Source of the DNA: a virus
Lineage: Duplodnaviria; Caudoviricetes
Virus record (IMG/VR): IMGVR_UViG_3300036715_000254
Coordinates: 1-54,601 of that record
Length of the DNA stretch: 54,601 nucleotides
Strand: one strand, 5' to 3'
The notes beneath the pieces were generated by a model. That model was not told the origin of the DNA. It searched no databases and worked only from the letters and a program-made list of their open reading frames with translations. This document shows, piece by piece, positions 54,059 through 54,601 of this stretch (its first letter is position 1; each line of letters begins with the position of its first letter). Made by a program: the position numbers and the translations under genes.

Positions 54059-54390
54059 CTAAGACACGCGAAGAACTGCTGGCGCTGTCACGCGAACTAA
54101 CTGGACATGGAAATGTCTGCATGAACCGATTATCTCAAGCAGGTGGAGCAGCCATTTCGCAACTCATTGCCGAACTTGACACACTTAAAGCAAATAGCAT
54201 AGATACTGCGCGTGAGTCCATACTGGAAGAGGCAGCAGAGATTTGCGAAAAGCGTGAAGCGGTCTTGGCACAGCATTTGCCACCCGGTGTTGCCGCCGAC
54301 TACTTTGTTCGCGGTGCAGAGTCAGCATCAAGGCGCAATGCACAACACATCCGCGCAGCAATGTCTGCACAACAAGGAGATAGTAAATGA
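54055..54390 (+). CDS. Hypothetical protein
   Basis: AGGAG RBS; LEEAAEICE motif. Confidence 0.7.
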   Translation: MTKTREELLALSRELTGHGNVCMNRLSQAGGAAISQLIAELDTLKANSIDTARESILEEAAEICEKREAVLAQHLPPGVAADYFVRGAESASRRNAQHIRAAMSAQQGDSK

Positions 54391-54392
54391 AC
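54368..54392 (+). repeat. 25-bp direct repeat, copy 2
   Basis: CACAACAAGGAGATAGTAAATGAAC. Confidence 0.85.
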
Positions 54393-54601
54393 TACGGACA
54401 AGCAAACCACATCTTGCAACAAGCAAAACAATCCGACACAGATTACGGACGCAATGATCGCCTTGGAGCTTCGATAGGAGCCGAATCTATATCTAAACAG
54501 GTATCACCGCTGCATGAAGCTATTAAGCAACTGGAGCAGGACATTGCCGCACTGGGGGAAGTGTATGGAAAACTGCACCGCAGGCTTGAACCTATCACAG
54601 C
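54387..54601 (+). CDS. Hypothetical protein, truncated by window end
   Basis: AGGAG RBS, MNYGQANHIL..., frame open to the end. Confidence 0.6.
   Translation, partial: MNYGQANHILQQAKQSDTDYGRNDRLGASIGAESISKQVSPLHEAIKQLEQDIAALGEVYGKLHRRLEPIT

Noticed and set aside
825-54370. Minus-strand ORFs in the supplied track (e.g. 12783-13307, 24979-25512, 49812-50570)
   Set aside because: All are shadows of well-supported plus-strand genes and show no recognisable motifs.
1-54601. tRNA or rRNA genes
   Set aside because: Intergenic gaps are short and show no cloverleaf or T-loop signature by eye; tRNAscan-SE would be decisive.

Overview
A 54.6 kb segment of a large lytic T4-like myophage, probably infecting a Gram-negative host. 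All credible genes are on the + strand. Order: (1) early and DNA-metabolism genes (DNA ligase, DsbA-like protein, HAD nucleotidase, RNase H, dCMP deaminase); (2) a late-type FmdB-PhoH-GH19 endolysin unit; (3) an exonuclease, a nucleotidyltransferase-like cassette, a SleB-like hydrolase and a ClpP-like protein; (4) a ~27 kb late region with putative capsid-packaged enzymes, many Thr/Gly/Ser-rich fibre proteins and an Rz-like spanin; (5) primase, class II NrdJ and thioredoxin; (6) a 7-deazaguanine DNA-modification cluster (queE, folE, dpdA, dpdL-like, cupin, glycosyltransferase, queD; no queC in the window); (7) small accessory genes. Three promoter classes are readable: TTCACT-N17-TATAAT (early), TAAATA (T4 late-like) and a TTATTT(T)GGA-box class. 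Main hypotheses: (a) two matching back-to-back promoter pairs each point antisense into a lysis gene and sense (leaderless) into a replication gene; (b) the deazaguanine pathway may make a glycosylated base; (c) an RNA-ligase-like enzyme and an HxGH nucleotidyltransferase carry T4-style capsid-targeting N-termini. All calls rest on motif recognition by eye; no searches were run.
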